This document shows positions 25,535 through 39,611 of a stretch of DNA of 64,000 bases, piece after piece. The DNA is from Eledone cirrhosa (lineage: Eukaryota): contig OZ024764.1 in assembly GCA_964016885.1 (NCBI GenBank), positions 5,022,001 to 5,086,000 on the forward strand. Direction: 5' to 3'. The notes beneath the pieces are model-generated. The model did not search any database. It saw only the letters and a list, made by a program, of their open reading frames with translations, and had not been told where the DNA came from. The stretch's first letter is position 1; each line of letters opens with the position of its first letter. The translations under genes were made by a program, and so were the position numbers.

Positions 25535-27015
25535 AACAGCAACGTAGTAAGTAAGGCAATCAAAGATATGAAGATGGGGAAGGCAACCGGTCCATCGGGT
25601 ATAGCTGCCGAGATGCTGAAGGCATCTGGGTCTGTAGGTCACACTATAACCACACGTATTGTTAACCAGGTAATACTAGAAGGTGTCATACCAAAAGATT
25701 GGTGCAGTAGCATCATTGTCAACTGCTACAAAAGTAAAGGTGATGCACTAGATAGAGGAAACTATAGAGGTATAAAGCTGATGGACCAGGTCATGAAAGT
25801 AACAGAAAGAGTTATAGCACAGTTGAAGAGGCACCACTGATGCCCTCTTCCTTGTCAGGCAGTTACAGGAAAAGTACCTAGCTAAAAGTAAGCCACTCTA
25901 CCTGGCATTTGTCGACCTTGAGAAAGCCTTTGACAGAGTTCCACGTGCTGTAATCTGGTGGGCTCTTAGAAAACTAGGAGTAGATGAATAGCTTGTGAAA
26001 GTGGTACAAGCCATGTATAGGGGAGCAGTCAGCAAAGTTAGGATTAGCAATGAGTATAGTGAGGAATTTAGCGTACAGGTTGGGGTCCATCAGGGCTCTG
26101 TTCTTAGCCCCCTCCTGTTCATCATTGTCCTGCAGGCAATAACGGGTGACTTTAAGACCGGATGCCCATGGGAACTCCTGTATGCTGATGACATCGCACT
26201 TATAGCTGAATCTATGGTAGAACTAGAGAAGAAATTCCAAACTTGGAAGCAGGGACTAGAAAGAAAGGGTCTCAAAGTCAACATGACAAAGACTAAGGTC
26301 CTTGTAAGTAGACGAGAAAACAGAACCCAGATCCCCTCAGGGAAATGTCCTTGCTCAGTATGTAGGAAAGGTGTAGGTAGGAACTCCATTCTCTGCCCCA
26401 AATGCAAACAATGAGTACACAAGAGATGTAGCGGGATCTCAGGAAGCTTAATTAAGAATGTAGGCTTCACATGCAGCAGCTGTGCTTGGACAGCAAGCAG
26501 CAAACAGCCACAGGAAACAAGTACCACCAATCTCTGGGAGGGCTCTGGAGAAACAGTAGACAGCTTCTGCTACCTAGGTGACCGAATTAGCAGCGGAGGT
26601 GGGTGTTCAGAAAGTACAATAAATAGGGTAAGAATGGGATGGAAGAAGTTTAGGGAACTACTACCACTGCTAGCTGCAAAAGGCTTCTCCCTCAAAATGA
26701 AAGGCAGACTGTATGATGCGTGTATCCGAACAGCGATGTTGCATGATAGTGAGACCTGGGCGCTGAAGGTGGAAGACTTACGTAGATTAGAGAGAAACGA
26801 AGCCTGCATGATCTGATGGATGGGTAACAGTAATATACGCGAACGACAAAGCATAAATGAATTGAGAGACTGAGCATAAGAGGAATCAAATGCTGTGTGC
26901 AGGAGAGGCGGTTGCGCTGGTATGGACATGTGATGCGTATGAAGGATGACAGCTGCATAAAAAGGTGCAGAGCACTAGAAGTCGATGGAAACCGCGGAGT
27001 GGGGAGACCCAAGAT
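25535..27015 (+). mobile_element. RTE LINE, least-deleted copy (RT domain to C-terminus), pseudogenised
   Basis: KMGKATGPSGIAAEMLK...KGDALDRGNYRGIKL, AFVDLEKAFDRV, GVHQGSVLSPLLF, LLYADD and a CSVC/CPKC region. It contains stops and a deletion. Confidence 0.92.
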
Positions 27016-27354
27016 GAGGAGAGAAAGAGTGTGAGAGAGAGAGAGTGAGAGAAAGAGAGAAATAGAGGGATTGAGAGAGATACATTAAAACAATAACAGA
27101 AGGTCTGACTGGAGAATTTACTTTAGAATTTTAAGAGAAAAGAGGAAGCTTTCAGACTTCTGGAATTCCTTCACGAAAATGTCCTATATATCTGTAACAC
27201 AAACTTCAAAAAATGAGACAACCACTTAATAACCTATAGATCATGTGAGCCCACCAGCTAGATAGATTTCGTTGTTACCAGAAGACAGAGTGACTGTTAT
27301 AAACACAATGTCCCTCCCTAGTGAAGAATGCACCTCCCAAAATACCTTAGAAGA

Positions 27355-28240
27355 CAACCTGGAAGAAAAGAGTAGAGATCAAAATCAAAAGGTCTTAAAG
27401 TCAATTTGGTAAAGACTAAAGTTCTAGTAAGTAGAAAGGAAAACTGGGCCCAGATCTCTTCAGGTAAACTGTCCTGCTCAGTGTGCAGAAAAGGAGTAGG
27501 TAGAAATTCCCATCCTATGTCCCATATAGAAATGATGGGTACACAAAAGATGTTGTGGGATCTCAGGGAGGCTAACAAAGAACGTAGCTTCTATATGTGG
27601 CCAATGAACAGGAGCAGTAAATAACAAGAACTCTCAGGTTACAATCTCCTTCAAATACCCAGAAGTCTCTGTAGAGGTGGTAGATAGTTTCTGTTACCTA
27701 GGTGACTAAATCAGCAGTGGAGTAGGGTGGTCCAAAAATTCAGTAACCAGAGTGAGATTAGATTGGAGAAAGTGCAGGGATCTACTACTACTGCAAACTA
27801 CAAAACATTTTTCCCTCAAAATGAAGGGCAGACTGTATGATGCAGGTATACAAACAACAATGTTGTACAGCAGCGAGACCTGGGCACTGTGTGTAGAAGA
27901 TCTGTAAAGATTGGAAAGAAATGAGCCTCCATGCTTCAATGGATGTGCCATAGTAATATATGCAAATGGCAAAACATAAATGTACTGTGAGAGGATTTAG
28001 GCATAAGAGGGATTAGATGCAGTGTGCAGGAGTGGGATTGTTTTGGTATAGACATGTGATGTGTATGAAGGGTGACAGCTGTATAAAAAGGTGCCAAACG
28101 CACAAAGTTGACAGAGGCCGTGGAGTGGGCAGGTCTAGGAAGACTTGGGATGAGGTAAGGAAAGCTGACTTTGTACAATTACACCTAGCTAAGGCAATGA
28201 CACAGGATGGTGACCTCTGGCGCTATGCACAATTATAGAG
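27355..28240 (+). mobile_element. Decayed RTE LINE 3' half
   Basis: Paralogue of 13960-14880. Confidence 0.85.
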
Positions 28241-28442
28241 GACTACATCCACAATCCACCAGACATTTTCCCTACCAACACCCCACACAAGTTCCCAAAC
28301 CTCACCATAAAGTGGTCCCGCTGCAGCCATGACAAACGTGTCCAGTCCACACTGTACAGTGGTCTTGTAGGTGTCTTGCCAAAAATCAATATTGGGCCTT
28401 AAAACCTTGAGTCCCTTTTGTTCTGTGTATGAACATAAATAA

Positions 28443-28777
28443 TTGTTTCTACTTTTGGCACAAGGCCAGCAATTATCCAGTGCATTACTGGTACTTTATT
28501 TTATCGACCCCGTAAGGATGAAAGGCAAAGTTAACCTCGGCGGGATTTGAACTCAGATCATACAGGGAGGTAACTATGCTTCAAAGCATGGCGTCCGACC
28601 CTCTACCGATACTGCCAATCCACCGCCTGAACATAAATAAATAATTGTTTCTACTTTAGGCACAAGGCCAGCAATTACCTAGTACATTACTGGTACTTTA
28701 TTTTATCGACTCCGTAAGGATGAAAGGCAAAGTCAACCTCGGAGGGATTTGAACTCAGATCGGAAAGGGACGTAACT
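28443..28777 (-). mobile_element. Two tandem antisense Meta-like SINEs (one full, one truncated)
   Basis: Two diverged copies of the 15146-15330 element separated by aaataaataat. Confidence 0.75.
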
Positions 28778-28856
28778 AAATAAATAATGTAATATATATA
28801 TATGTATGTGTGTGTGTATCTATTTATATATTTAACTATATTTTTTGTAATCACAG

Positions 28857-28898
28857 GACTGATACAAAGGAGAGTACCGCTCTAGAAAAGAATGAGGA
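28857..28898 (+). CDS. Putative symmetric micro-exon 4 (class B, 42 nt, phase 2-2; TDTKESTALEKNE)
   Basis: gtaatcacAG | gactgatacaaagg...aatgagga | GTAAGT. Stops occur in phase 0 (TGA) and phase 1 (TAG), so only phase 2 is open. Confidence 0.75.
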
Positions 28899-28962
28899 GT
28901 AAGTTTTAGTTTTACATACTATCTAACCATTATTCTATCTGTTCCTTCCCGTCTCTCTCTCT

Positions 28963-28997
<35 letters not shown>

Positions 28998-29224
28998 AGA
29001 TGTATTATTGGTTGTGTAAAACGGTCCAATAAATTTTTGTTAGCAATATTAAGTCCTCCACGCTTTTGTATATCTCCAATTCCATTCAAGGGAACAGCTA
29101 GATGATGTAAAACGGAGTATTTGTATCAAAATGAAAATCCAAAGGCAAGGTAAAATTTCCAATCATTTTAATCACGTCGTGATTAAAATGATTGGAAATC
29201 TTACCTTCCTTCGGATTTTCATTT

Positions 29225-29272
<48 letters not shown>

Positions 29273-30019
29273 GACTCCTCTTATAAACCACGTTGGCTAT
29301 TATGACTCTCTCTTTCCCTCTCTATGTTGGCTATTATGACTCTCTCTCTCTCCCTCCCTCCCTCTCTATGTTGGCTATTATGACTCTCTCTCTCTCTCTA
29401 TGTTGGCTATAATGACTCTCTCTCTCTATGTTGGCTATAATGACTCTCTCTCTCTATCTATGTTGGCTATTATGTCTCTCTCTCTCTATCTATGTTGGCT
29501 ATTATGTCTCTCTCTCTCTATCTATGTTGGCTAATATGACTCTCTCTCTCTCTCTATGTTGGCTATTATGACTCTATCTCTCTCTATGTTGGCTATTATG
29601 TCTCTCTCTCTCTATCTATGTTGGCTATTATGACTCTCTCTCTCTATTTATGTTGGCTATTATGTCTCTCTCTCTCTATCTATGTTGGCTATTATGTCTC
29701 TCTCTGTTCAAGCTTTATGAAGTTAGTTGAACATCTTCAAAGTCCTCCCATATTCGCCTTGTCTAATATGCGTTCTTGTACCTGATTATTTCCCCCAAAT
29801 CTCCTGGGATGTTATAAACCATGATGGCTACCTATCTCACAATTTCTCTCCTGCCCACCCCCTCACACCACCATAGTCTATTCGACCAATCAAACCTCAG
29901 AAACATGTCCCCACCCATTACCAACCCCAACAAACTCTGCCATTACTACTACTTCTACTTTTCTTCTAGCCCTTACCAGCCCCAACAAACCCTGACATTA
30001 TTACTACTATTGTCCTAGC

Positions 30020-31445
30020 TATGGGCTGAGGATAAATGAGGCTACCCCAAATTAATAAATGAATATGAATCCGCGAGTTACCAAGCACCCATGCAAAGCT
30101 TTAATTCAGAGACAGGAAGCATACACACCCCACTGCAAAAATTCACCCTTTCCCACGAGTGGTGGCAAATGCCCAAAACTCCGAGTTGGAACCATCAATG
30201 TAAGCACAATGAAAGGAAGAGCAGGAGAAATTGTAGAGATGCTAGAGCGAAAGAAAATTGATGTATGCTGTGTGCAAGAGACTAGATGGAGAGCAGAGTC
30301 TGCTGGAGTCCTTGCAGGCAGAAGTCAGTGCTACCAATTTGTCTGGGTAGCAAATGACAACAGGATGGGAGGTGTAGCTATCCTATTAGCTGACAAATGG
30401 GTAGATAAGGTAATCTCAGTGAACAGGGTGAATGCAAGAATAATGAAACTTGGACAAGTCCTGAATAAAACAATTGCCACAATAATATCAGCTTACGCAC
30501 CCCAATTGGGGTTGCCAGCTGACTATAGCGGGGAATTTAGTTTAGAGGTCGGTGTCCACCAGGGCTCTGTTCTTAGCCCACTCCTGTTCGTTGAAGTATT
30601 GCAAGCAATAACGGAGGTGATTATGACCGGTGCCCATGGGAACTCCTATATGCGGATCATCTCACACTTATAGCCGAATCTATGGTGGAACTATACTTGC
30701 TCAGTATGTAGAAAAGGAGTAGGCTGGCTGCAAAAGGCTTTCTCCTCAAAATGAAAAGCAGACTGTATGATGTGGGTATACGAATAGCAATGTTACATAG
30801 TAGTGAAACCTTGGCGCCGTCTGTGGAAGACTTGCATAGATTAGAAAGAAACGAAGCCTGCATGCTCCGATGGATGTGTAATAGTAATATACGCGAACGG
30901 CAAAGCATAAATGAATTGAGAGAGTGACTGAGCATAAGAGGAATGAAATGCTGTGTGCAGGAGAGGAGGTTGCATTGGACATGTGATGCGTATGAAGGAT
31001 GACAGCTGTATAAAAAGGTATAGAGCAGTAGAAGTCGATGGAAGCCGTAGAGTGGGGAGACCCAAGAAGAGCTGGGATGAGGTGATAAAAGCCGACCTTA
31101 CCCAGTTGCACCTCTCAAAGGCGATGACACAGGACCGTCACCTCTGGCATCAAGCAGTAATACAGAAGACCTGACTCCCCAGGGCTACAAGCGGAAGCTG
31201 AAGCGTATGCTCCCACCCTCTCCGACTGTACAGTGGACATATAGGCGCCACAGACAAAAAGCACCCAGGACTCACTGTAAATGAGGTTGGTGTTAGGAAG
31301 GGCATCCAGCTGTAGGAATCAAGCCAGAATCAGTTCCTGTATGAGCAAGACAAGGTCAGCTGAACAGACACTGCCCACAACAGGACAACCCGTCTAACCC
31401 ATGCTAGCGTGGAAGAATGGACGTAAAACAGTGATGAAGATGATA
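30020..31445 (+). mobile_element. Internally deleted RTE LINE (EN + RT fragment + 3' end)
   Basis: ORF 30059-30673; paralogue of 10200-11590. Confidence 0.9.
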
Positions 31446-31697
31446 TATCATATATGCCAGTGTACAAGTTGACATTTGGAGCCTAAAAATATCTCTCCAA
31501 AACCAGGGGTCGACTTGTCTGCTGAATATAGTATGTTACCTTTACCACTGAGGGGTAAACAGTGAAACTGCCTGCCTAACACTTGTTGTACACCACTTAC
31601 CATAACTCTAGCAACCCACCACATTTATTTCTACTGAATCTCATATTTGTTAAGTTTAACGTAGAGATTATAGTAATATCAATGTCTTGCTGTAGCT

Positions 31698-33265
31698 TAT
31701 AGGGTAGGTTACCATAGGGTAGGGTACTGTAGTGTAGGTTACCATAGGGTAGGTTACCGTAGGGTAGGTTACCATTGGGTAGGTTATTATAGGGTAGGTT
31801 ACCACAGGGTAGGTGACCATAGAATAGGTTACTGTAGGGTATTTTACCATAGGGTATGTTACCATAGGGTAGGTTACCATAGGGTAAGTTACCATAGGGT
31901 AGGTTACCTTAGGGTAGGTGACCATAGTGTAGGCTACCATAGGTTAGGTTCTGTATGGTAGGTTAGGTTACTATAGGGTAGGTTACCATAGGGTAGGTTA
32001 CGATAGGGTTAGTTACCATAGGGTAGGTTACCATAGCGTAGGTTACTATTGGGTAGGTTACCATAGGGTAGGTTACTGTAGGTTAGGTTACGTAGGGTAG
32101 GTTACCATAGGGTAGGTTGCCATAGAGTAGGTTATTATAGGGTAGGTTACCATAAGGTAGATTACCTCAGGGTATGTTACCATATGGTAGGTTACCATAG
32201 GGTAGGTTACTGTAGGGTAGGTTACCATAGTGTAGGATACCTTAAATTAGGTTACCACAGGAAAAGTTACCATATGGTAGGTTACTGTAGGTTAGGTTAC
32301 CATAGGGTAGGTTATCATAGGTTAGGTTACCAAAGGGTAGGTTACTATAGGTTGTTACCATTGGGTAGGTTACTGTAGGGTAACATAGGTTACCATAGTG
32401 TAGGTTAATATAACATAGGTCACCATAGTGTAGGTTACCTTAGATTAGGTTACCACAGGATAGGTTACCATATGGTAGGTTACTGTAGGTTAGGTCACCA
32501 TAGGGTAGGTTACTATAGGGTAGGCTACTATAGGTTGTTACCATAGGGTAGGTTACTATAGGGTAGGCTACTATAGGTTGTTACCATAGGGTAGGTTACT
32601 ATAGGTTGTTACCATAGAGTAGGTTACAATATGGTTGGTTACCATAGTGTAGGTTACTATAACATTGGTTACCATAGTGTAGGTTACCTTAATTTAGGTT
32701 ACCATAGGTTAGGTTACCATATTGTAGGTTACTGTAGGTTACTATAGGGTAGGCTACCAATGATAGGTTATGATGGGTTAGGTTCCATAGGGTAGGTTAC
32801 CACAGTATATGTTACCATATGGTAGGTTAGGTTACCATAGGGTAGGTCACCATAGTGTAGGTTACTTTAGATTAGGTTACCATAGGGTAGGTTACCACAG
32901 GATAAGTTACCATATGGTAGGTTACTATAACATAGGTTACCAAAGTGTAGGTTTCTATAGGTTGTTACGATAGGGTAGGTTACTGTAGGGTAGGTTACTG
33001 TAAGGTAGGTTACCATAGGGTAGGATACTGTAGGGTAGGTTACCAGAGGGTAGGTTATTATAGTATAGGTTACCGTAGGGTAGGTTTCCATGAAGTAGGT
33101 GACCATAGGGTAGGTTACTATAAGTTAGGTTACCATAGGGTAGGTTTCCATGAAGTAGGTTACCACAGGGTAGGTTAACATAAATTAGGTTACCTTAGGG
33201 TAGGTTACCATAAGTTAGGTTACCATACGGTAGGTTACCATAGGTTTGTTAAGGTTAGGCTAGGC
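31698..33265 (+). repeat. 15-bp minisatellite array
   Basis: Tandem array. Confidence 0.95.
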
Positions 33266-33794
33266 TGGTCTACACGGTGAGTTAAAACTCACTTGTGACT
33301 GTAGTGTTTTAGAAGAAGTGTCTTAATCTTTCGTGCACCACTAAATTTTTTAACTATTTCCCCTGAAACTGCCTTATTTTGGGGAGGTTATCTTATCAAT
33401 CGAATAGCATCCTAAATCTAAATTACACCTCAGAATTTTAGGGGCCACGCTATGTACCGGATAGACTTGTACACCGGCATATATATATATGCAAAGAGAG
33501 CGAGAGAAACAGCGGGAGTGAGAGAGATACATTAAAACAATAACAGAGGTCTGACTGGAGAATTTACTTTAGAATTTTAAGAGAAAAGAGGAAGGTTTCA
33601 GACTTCTGGAATTCCTTCACGAAAATGTCCTATTTATCTGTAACACAAACTTCAAAAAATGAGACAACCACTTAATAACATATAGATCATGTGAGCCCAC
33701 CAGCTAGATAGATTTCCTTGTTACCATAAGACAGAGTGACTGTTATAAACACAAAGTCCCTCCCTAGTGAAGAATGCACCTCCCAACATACCTT

Positions 33795-34475
33795 AGGAGA
33801 CAAACTGGAAGAAAAGATTATAGATCAAAATCAAAAGGTCTTAAAGTCAATTTGGTAAAGACTAAAGTTCTAGTAAGTAGAAAGGAAAACAGGGCCCAGA
33901 TCTCTTCAGGTAAACTGTCCTGCTCAGTGTGCAGAAAAGGAGTAGGTAAAAATTCCATCCTATGTCCCATATAGAAATGATGGGTACACAAAAGATGTCG
34001 TGGGATCTCAGGGAGGCTAACAAAGAACGTAGCTTCTACATGTGGCCAATGAACAGGAGATGGAAATATCAAGAGCTCTCGGGTTACAATCTCCTTCAAA
34101 TACCCGAAAGTCTCTGTAGAGAGTGAGAGAGTGACTGAGCATAAGAGGAATGAAATGCTGTGTGCAGGAGAGGATGTTGCATTGGACATGTGATGCGTAT
34201 GAAGGATGACAGCTGTATAAAAAGGTGTAGAGCAGTAGAAGTCGATGGAAGCCGTGGAGTGGGGAGACCCAAGAAGAGCTGGGATGAGGTGATAAAAGCC
34301 GGACTCACTGTAAATGAGGTTGGTGTTAGGAAGGGCATCCAGCTGTAGGAATCAAGCCAGAATCAGTTCCTGTATGAGCAAGACAAGGTCAGCTGAACAG
34401 ACACTGCCCACAACAGGACAACCCGTCTAACCCATGCTAGCGTGGAAGAATGGACGTAAAACAGTGATGAAGATG
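33795..34475 (+). mobile_element. Chimeric RTE fragment
   Basis: The 13960-type fragment is joined at ~34120 (gtagagagtgagagagtgac) to the 3' end of the 16390-type copy. Confidence 0.8.
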
Positions 34476-34731
34476 ATATATCATATATGCTAGTGTACTA
34501 TTTGACATTTGGAGCCTAAAAATATCTCTCCAAAACCAGGGGTCGACTTGTCTGCTGAATATAGTATGTTACCTTTACCACTGAGGGGTAAAGAGTGAAA
34601 CTGCCTGCCTAACACTTGTTGTACACCAGTTACCATAACTCTAGCAACCCACCACATTTATTTCTACTGAATCTCATATTTGTTAAGTTTAACGTAGAGA
34701 TTATAGTAATATCAATGTCTTGCTGTAGCTT

Positions 34732-36127
34732 ATAGGGTAGGTTACTGTAGGGTAGGTTACCATAGGGCAGGTTACTGTAGGGTAGGATACTGTCTGGTAG
34801 GTTACCATAGGGTAGGTTACTGTAGGGTAGGTTACTATGGGGTAGGTTACTGTAGGTAGGTTACCATAGGGTAGGTTACTGTAGTGTAGGTTACTGTAGG
34901 GTAGGTTACTATAGGGAAGGTTACTGTAGGGTAGATTACTCTAGGCTAGGTTACCATAGGGTAGGTTACTGTAGTGTAGGTTACCATAGGGTAGGTTACC
35001 AGAGTAGGTGACCATAGGGTATGTTATTATAGGGTAGGTAACTGTAGGTTAGGTTACTATAGGGTAGGTTACCATAGTGTAGGTTACCTTATGGTAGGTT
35101 ACCTTATGGTAAGTTACTATAGGGTAGGTTACCATAGTGTAGGTTACCTTATGGTAGGTTACCTTATGGTAAGTTGCTATAGGGTAGGTTACCTTACGGT
35201 AGGTAAGAATAGGGTAGGTTACCATAGGTTAGGTTACTGTAGGGTAGGTTACCATAAGGTAGGTTACTGTAGGGTAGGTTAACATAGGGTAGGTTATGTA
35301 GGGTAGGTTACCGTAGGTTAGGTTACTGTAGGTAGGTTACCATAGGGTAGTTTACCGTAGGTTAGGTTACTGTAGGGTAGGTTAACATAGGGTATGTTAG
35401 CATAGGGTTGGTTACCATAGGTTAAGTTCCTATAGGTTGTTACCATATGGTAGGTTACTGTAGGGTAGGTTGCTATAGGGTAGGTTATCGTAGAGTAGGT
35501 TACCATAAGGTAGGTTACCGTAGGGTAGGGTATCATAGGATAGGTTACCATAAGGCAGGTTACCATAGAGTAGGTTACCTTAGGGTAGTTTACTATAAGA
35601 TAGGTTACCATAGTGTAGCTTACCATAGGGTAGGTTGTTACCATAGGCAAGGTTACTATAGGGTGGGTTACCATAGGGTAGTTTATAATATGGTTGGTTA
35701 ACATAGTGTAGGTTACTATAACATAGGTTACCATAGTGTAGGATACCTTAGATTAGGTTACCATAGGGTAGGTTACTACAGGATAGGTTACCATATGGTA
35801 GGTTACCACAGGATAGGTTACCATAGGTTAGGTTAGCAATGGGTAGGTTACTATAGGTTGTTACCACAAGGTAGGTTACTGTATGGTGGGTTACCATAGG
35901 GTAGGGTACCATAAAGTAGGTTATTATAGTGTAGGTTACAATAGGGTAGGTTTCCTTAGGATAGGTAACCATAGGGTAGGTTACTATGGGGTAAGTTACC
36001 ATGAAGTAGGTGAACAATAGGGTAAGTTAACATAAGCTAGGTTACCTCAGGGTATGTTACCATACCATAGGGTAGGTTACCATACCATAAAGTAGGTTAC
36101 CATAGGTTTGTTAAGGTTAGGCTAGGC
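34732..36127 (+). repeat. 15-bp minisatellite array
   Basis: Tandem array. Confidence 0.95.
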
Positions 36128-37047
36128 TGGTCTACTCGGTGAGTTAAAACTCACTTGTGACTGTAGTGTTTTAGAAAAAGTGTCTCAATCTATCAATCTA
36201 TCAGGTAAACTGTCCTGCTCAGTGATATATGCAAATGGCAATATATGTAAATGGCAAAACATAAATGTACTGGGAGAGAAATTAGGCATAAGAGGGATTA
36301 GATGCAGTGTGCAGGAGAGGGATTGTTTTGGTATAGAAATGTGATGTGTATGAAGGGTGACAGCTGTATAAAAAGGTGCCAAACGCACAAAGTTGACAGA
36401 GGCCGTGGAGTGGGCAGGTCTAGGAAGACTTGGGATGAGGTAAGGAAAGCTGACTTTGCACAATTACACCTAGCAAAGGCAATGACACAGGATGGTGACC
36501 TCTGGCGCTATGCACAATTATAGAGGACCTGCCCTCATAAATCCACGAGCTGAGGCATATATCTAGTATGTAACACCTTCCCCACCATCATCCCTCCCAA
36601 ACACCTTAATTGATGTTATCATCCCACCCCTATAACTACATCCACAATCCACCAGACATTTTCCCTACCAACACCCCACACAAGTTCCCAAACCTCACCA
36701 TAAAGTGGTCCCGCTGCAGCCATGACAAACGTGTCCAGTCCACACTGTACAGTGGTCTTGTAGGTGTCCTGCCAAAAATCAATATTGGGCCTTAAAACCT
36801 TGAGTCCCTTTTGTTCTGTGTATGAACATAAATAATTGTTTCTACTTTTGGCACAAGGCCAGCAATTATCCAGTGCATTACTGGTACTTTATTTTATCGA
36901 CCCCGTAAGGATGAAAGGCAAAGTTAACCTCGGCGGGATTTGAACTCAGATCGGAAAGGGACGTAACTAAATAAATAATGTAATATATATATATGTATTT
37001 GTGTGTGTATCTATTTATATATTTAACTATATTTTTTGTAATCACAG

Positions 37048-37089
37048 GACTGATACAAAGGAGAGTACCGCTCCAGAAAAGAATGACGA
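37048..37089 (+). CDS. Putative symmetric micro-exon 5 (class B, 42 nt, phase 2-2; TDTKESTAPEKND)
   Basis: gtaatcacAG | ... | GTAAGT. The two differences from exon 4 are both non-synonymous (L/P, E/D). Confidence 0.75.
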
Positions 37090-37153
37090 GTAAGTTTTAG
37101 TTTTACATACTATCTAACCATTATTCTATCTGTTCCTTCCCGTCTCTCTCTCT

Positions 37154-37189
<36 letters not shown>

Positions 37190-38104
37190 AGGTGTATTAT
37201 TGGTTGTGTAAAACGGTCCAATAAATTTTTGTTAGCTTTTGTATATCTCCAATTCCATTCAAGGGAACAGCTAGATCATGTAAAACGGAGTATTTGTATC
37301 AAAATGAAAATCCAAAGGCAAGGTAAAATTTCCAATCATTTTAATCTCGCCGTGATTAAAATGATTGCAAATCTTACCTTGCCTTTGGATTTTCATTTTG
37401 ATATATATATATATATGTATATATATGACTCTGTCTCTTATAAACCACGTTGGCTATTATGACACTCTCTCCAACATAGAGAGCTATGTTGGCTAATATG
37501 ACTATCTCTCTCTATGTTGGCTAATATGACTCTCTCTCTCCCTCTCTATGTTGGCTATTATGACTCTCTCTCTCTCCCACTCTATGTTGGCTATTATGAC
37601 GCTCTCTCTCTCTCTATGTTGGCTATTATGACTCTCTCTCTCTCTATGTTGGCTATTATGTCTCTCTCTCTCTCTATGTTGGCTATAATGACTCTCCCAC
37701 TCTATGTTGGCTATAATGACTCTCTCTCTCTCTATGTTGGCTATAATGACTCTCTCTCTCTCTATGTTGGCTATTATGTCTCTCTCTGTTCAAGCTTTAT
37801 GAAGTTAGTTGAACATCTTCAAAGTCCTCCCATATTCGCCTTGTCTAATATGCGTTCTTGTACCTGATTATTCCCCCCAAATCTCCTGGGATGTTATAAA
37901 CCATGATGGCTACCTATCTCACAATTTCTCTCCTGCCCACCCCCTCATACCACCATAGTCTATTCGACCAATCAAACCTCAGAAACATGTCCCTCACCCA
38001 TTACCAACCCCAACAAACTCTGCCATTATTACTACTTCTACTTTTCTTCTAGCCCTTACCAGCCCCAACAAACCCTGACATTATTACTACTATTGTCCTT
38101 CTAG

Positions 38105-39355
38105 CCATGGGCTGAGGATAAATGGGGCTACCCCAAATTAATAAATAAATATGAATCCGCGAGTTACCAAGCACCCATGCAAAGCTTTAATTCAGAGACA
38201 GGAAGCATACACACCCCACTGCAAAAATTCACCCTTTCCCACGAATGGTGGCAAATGCCCAAAACTCCGAGTTGGAACCATCAATGTAAGCACAATGAAA
38301 GGAAGAGCAGGAGAAATTGTAGAGATGCTAGAGCGAAAGAAAATTGATGTATGCTGTGTGCAAGAGACTAGATGGAGAGCAGAGTCCGCTGGAGTCCTTG
38401 CAGGCAGAAGTCAGTGCTACCAATTTGTCTGGGTAGCAAATGACAACAGGATGGGAGGTGTAGCTATCCTATTAGCTGACAAATGGGTAGATAAGGTAAT
38501 CTCAGTGAACAGGGTGAATGCAAGAATAATGAAACTTGGACTAGTCCTGAATAAAACAATTGCCACAATAATATCAGCTTACGCACCCCAATTGGGGTTG
38601 CCAGCTGACTATAGCGGGGAATTTAGTTTAGAGGTCGGTGTCCACCAGGGCTCTGTTCTTAGCCCACTCCTGTTCGTTAAAGTATTGCAAGCAATAATGG
38701 AGGTGATTATGACCGGATGCCCATGGGAACTCCTATATGCGGATCATCTCACACTTATAGCCGAATCTATGGTGGAACTATACTTGCTCAGTATGTAGGA
38801 AAGGAGTAGGCTGGCTGCAAAAGGTTTTCCCCTCAAAATGAAAAGCAGACTGTATGATGTGGGTATACGAATAGCAATGTTACATAGTAGTGAAACCTGG
38901 GCGCCGTCTGTGGAAGACTTGCATAGATTAGAAAGAAACGAAGCCTGCATGCTCCGATGGATGTGTAATAGTAATATACGCAAACGGCAAAGCATAAATG
39001 AATTGAGAGAGTGACTGAGCATAAGAGGAATGAAATGCTGTGTGCAGGAGAGGATGTTGCATTGGACATGTGATGCGTATGAAGGATGACAGCTGTATAA
39101 AAAGGTGTAGAGCAGTAGAAGTCGATGGAAGCCGTGGAGTGGGGAGACCCAAGAAGAGCTGGGATGAGGTGATAAAAGCCGGACTCACTGTAAATGAGGT
39201 TGGTGTTAGGAAGGGCATCCAGCTGTAGGAATCAAGCCAGAATCAGTTCCTGTATGAGCAAGACAAGGTCAGCTGAACAGACACTGCCCACAACAGGACA
39301 ACCCGTCTAACCCATGCTTGCGTGGAAGAATGGACGTAAAACAGTGATGAAGATG
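38105..39355 (+). mobile_element. Internally deleted RTE LINE (EN + RT fragment + 3' end)
   Basis: ORF 38151-38798 is nearly identical to 16426-17079. Confidence 0.9.
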
Positions 39356-39611
39356 ATATATCATATATGCTAGTGTACTATTTGACATTTGGAGCCTAAA
39401 AATATCTCTCCAAAACCAGGGGTCGACTTGTCTGCTGAATATAGTATGTTACCTTTACCACTGAGGGATAAACAGTGAAACTGCCTGCCTAACACTTGTT
39501 GTACACCACTTACCATAACTCTAGCAACCCACCACATTTATTTCTACTGAATCTCATATTTGTTAAGTTTAACGTAGAGATTATAGTAATATCAATGTCT
39601 TGCTGTAGCTT

